DNA of 52,748 bases from Escherichia phage LF82-19, in sequence record PV660457, one strand, 5' to 3'. Positions within the stretch are counted from its first letter, which is position 1; the number at the start of each line of letters is the position of its first letter. The translations under genes and the position numbers were made by a program. The notes under the pieces are model-generated. The model was not told the DNA's origin, made no database searches, and saw only the letters and a program-made list of their open reading frames with translations. Positions 52,435-52,748 of this stretch are shown here, in pieces.

Positions 52435-52668
52435 ATGCTGAATTCAATTTTGTTTATCGTCCTGGGTGTGATTATTGGCGTTATCGTCGTTGTTGCGTGG
52501 GCTGGCCTGTGGTCGCGAAAGCTACTGGCAAAGAACCAATTCGCCTCAGCGCGCTTCGATACGAAATCAAAAGAATGGCGCATTTGCGGCAAGTACGCAA
52601 AGATCGCACAGGAGTTGGTAGACATTCGCGAAGGACGAAAGCCTGGCGCGATTAAGTACATCGACTGA
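52435..52668 (+). CDS. small membrane protein
   Basis: N-terminal TM helix LFIVLGVIIGVIVVVAWAGLW; 77 aa. Confidence 0.4.
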   Translation: MLNSILFIVLGVIIGVIVVVAWAGLWSRKLLAKNQFASARFDTKSKEWRICGKYAKIAQELVDIREGRKPGAIKYID

Positions 52669-52674
52669 TAAACA

Positions 52675-52697
52675 ACCCGCTTCGGCGGGTTTTTTTG
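52675..52697 (+). terminator. rho-independent terminator
   Basis: ACCCGC-ttcg-GCGGGT then TTTTTTTG; third copy of this hairpin. Confidence 0.5.
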
Positions 52698-52708
52698 CGT
52701 CTGCAATC

Positions 52709-52717
52709 TGGTATAAT
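52709..52717 (+). promoter_or_regulatory. extended -10 promoter (TGgTATAAT) reading toward window end and terS
   Basis: followed by RBS AGGAGG at 52734-52739, 9 nt before the window end, which abuts the ATG at position 1. Confidence 0.45.
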
Positions 52718-52748
52718 CGAACCTCATCAACAAAGGAGGGAAGGAACA

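Overview
The window reads as a complete or near-complete genome of a T1-like (Drexlerviridae-type) virulent siphophage, about 52.7 kb, probably circularly permuted: an RBS at the 3' end of the window sits directly upstream of the terS ATG at position 1. Layout: packaging, head and lambda-like tail module on + (1-19.3 kb; TerS, TerL, portal, capsid, tape measure, M/L/K/I/J-like tail tip) with a canonical -1 frameshift in the tail chaperone genes; a short minus-strand cluster after J; a recombination module (exonuclease, ERF-like annealase, SSB); a minus-strand tail fiber with S74 chaperone domain; replication genes (primase, DExH helicase, VRR-NUC, P-loop ATPase); Dam and a short C5-MTase-like protein; a T1-type lysis cassette (holin, SAR endolysin, unimolecular spanin); two blocks of small early genes (minus 34.5-41.4 kb, plus 42.1-52.0 kb); and a tRNA-Ser. 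No integrase, CI-type repressor or CRISPR array was seen. The most striking unexplained signals are (1) 24 copies of a 15-bp palindrome TAGCA-N5-TGCTA, usually fused to the upstream stop codon and followed 22 nt later by a -10-like hexamer inside a hairpin, and (2) an expanded family of small proteins sharing an N-terminal K-x-K-C ... F-T-x-G-K-x-Y motif. All calls rest on reading the sequence and translations by eye; no database search was run, so family names are inferences from motifs and gene order.
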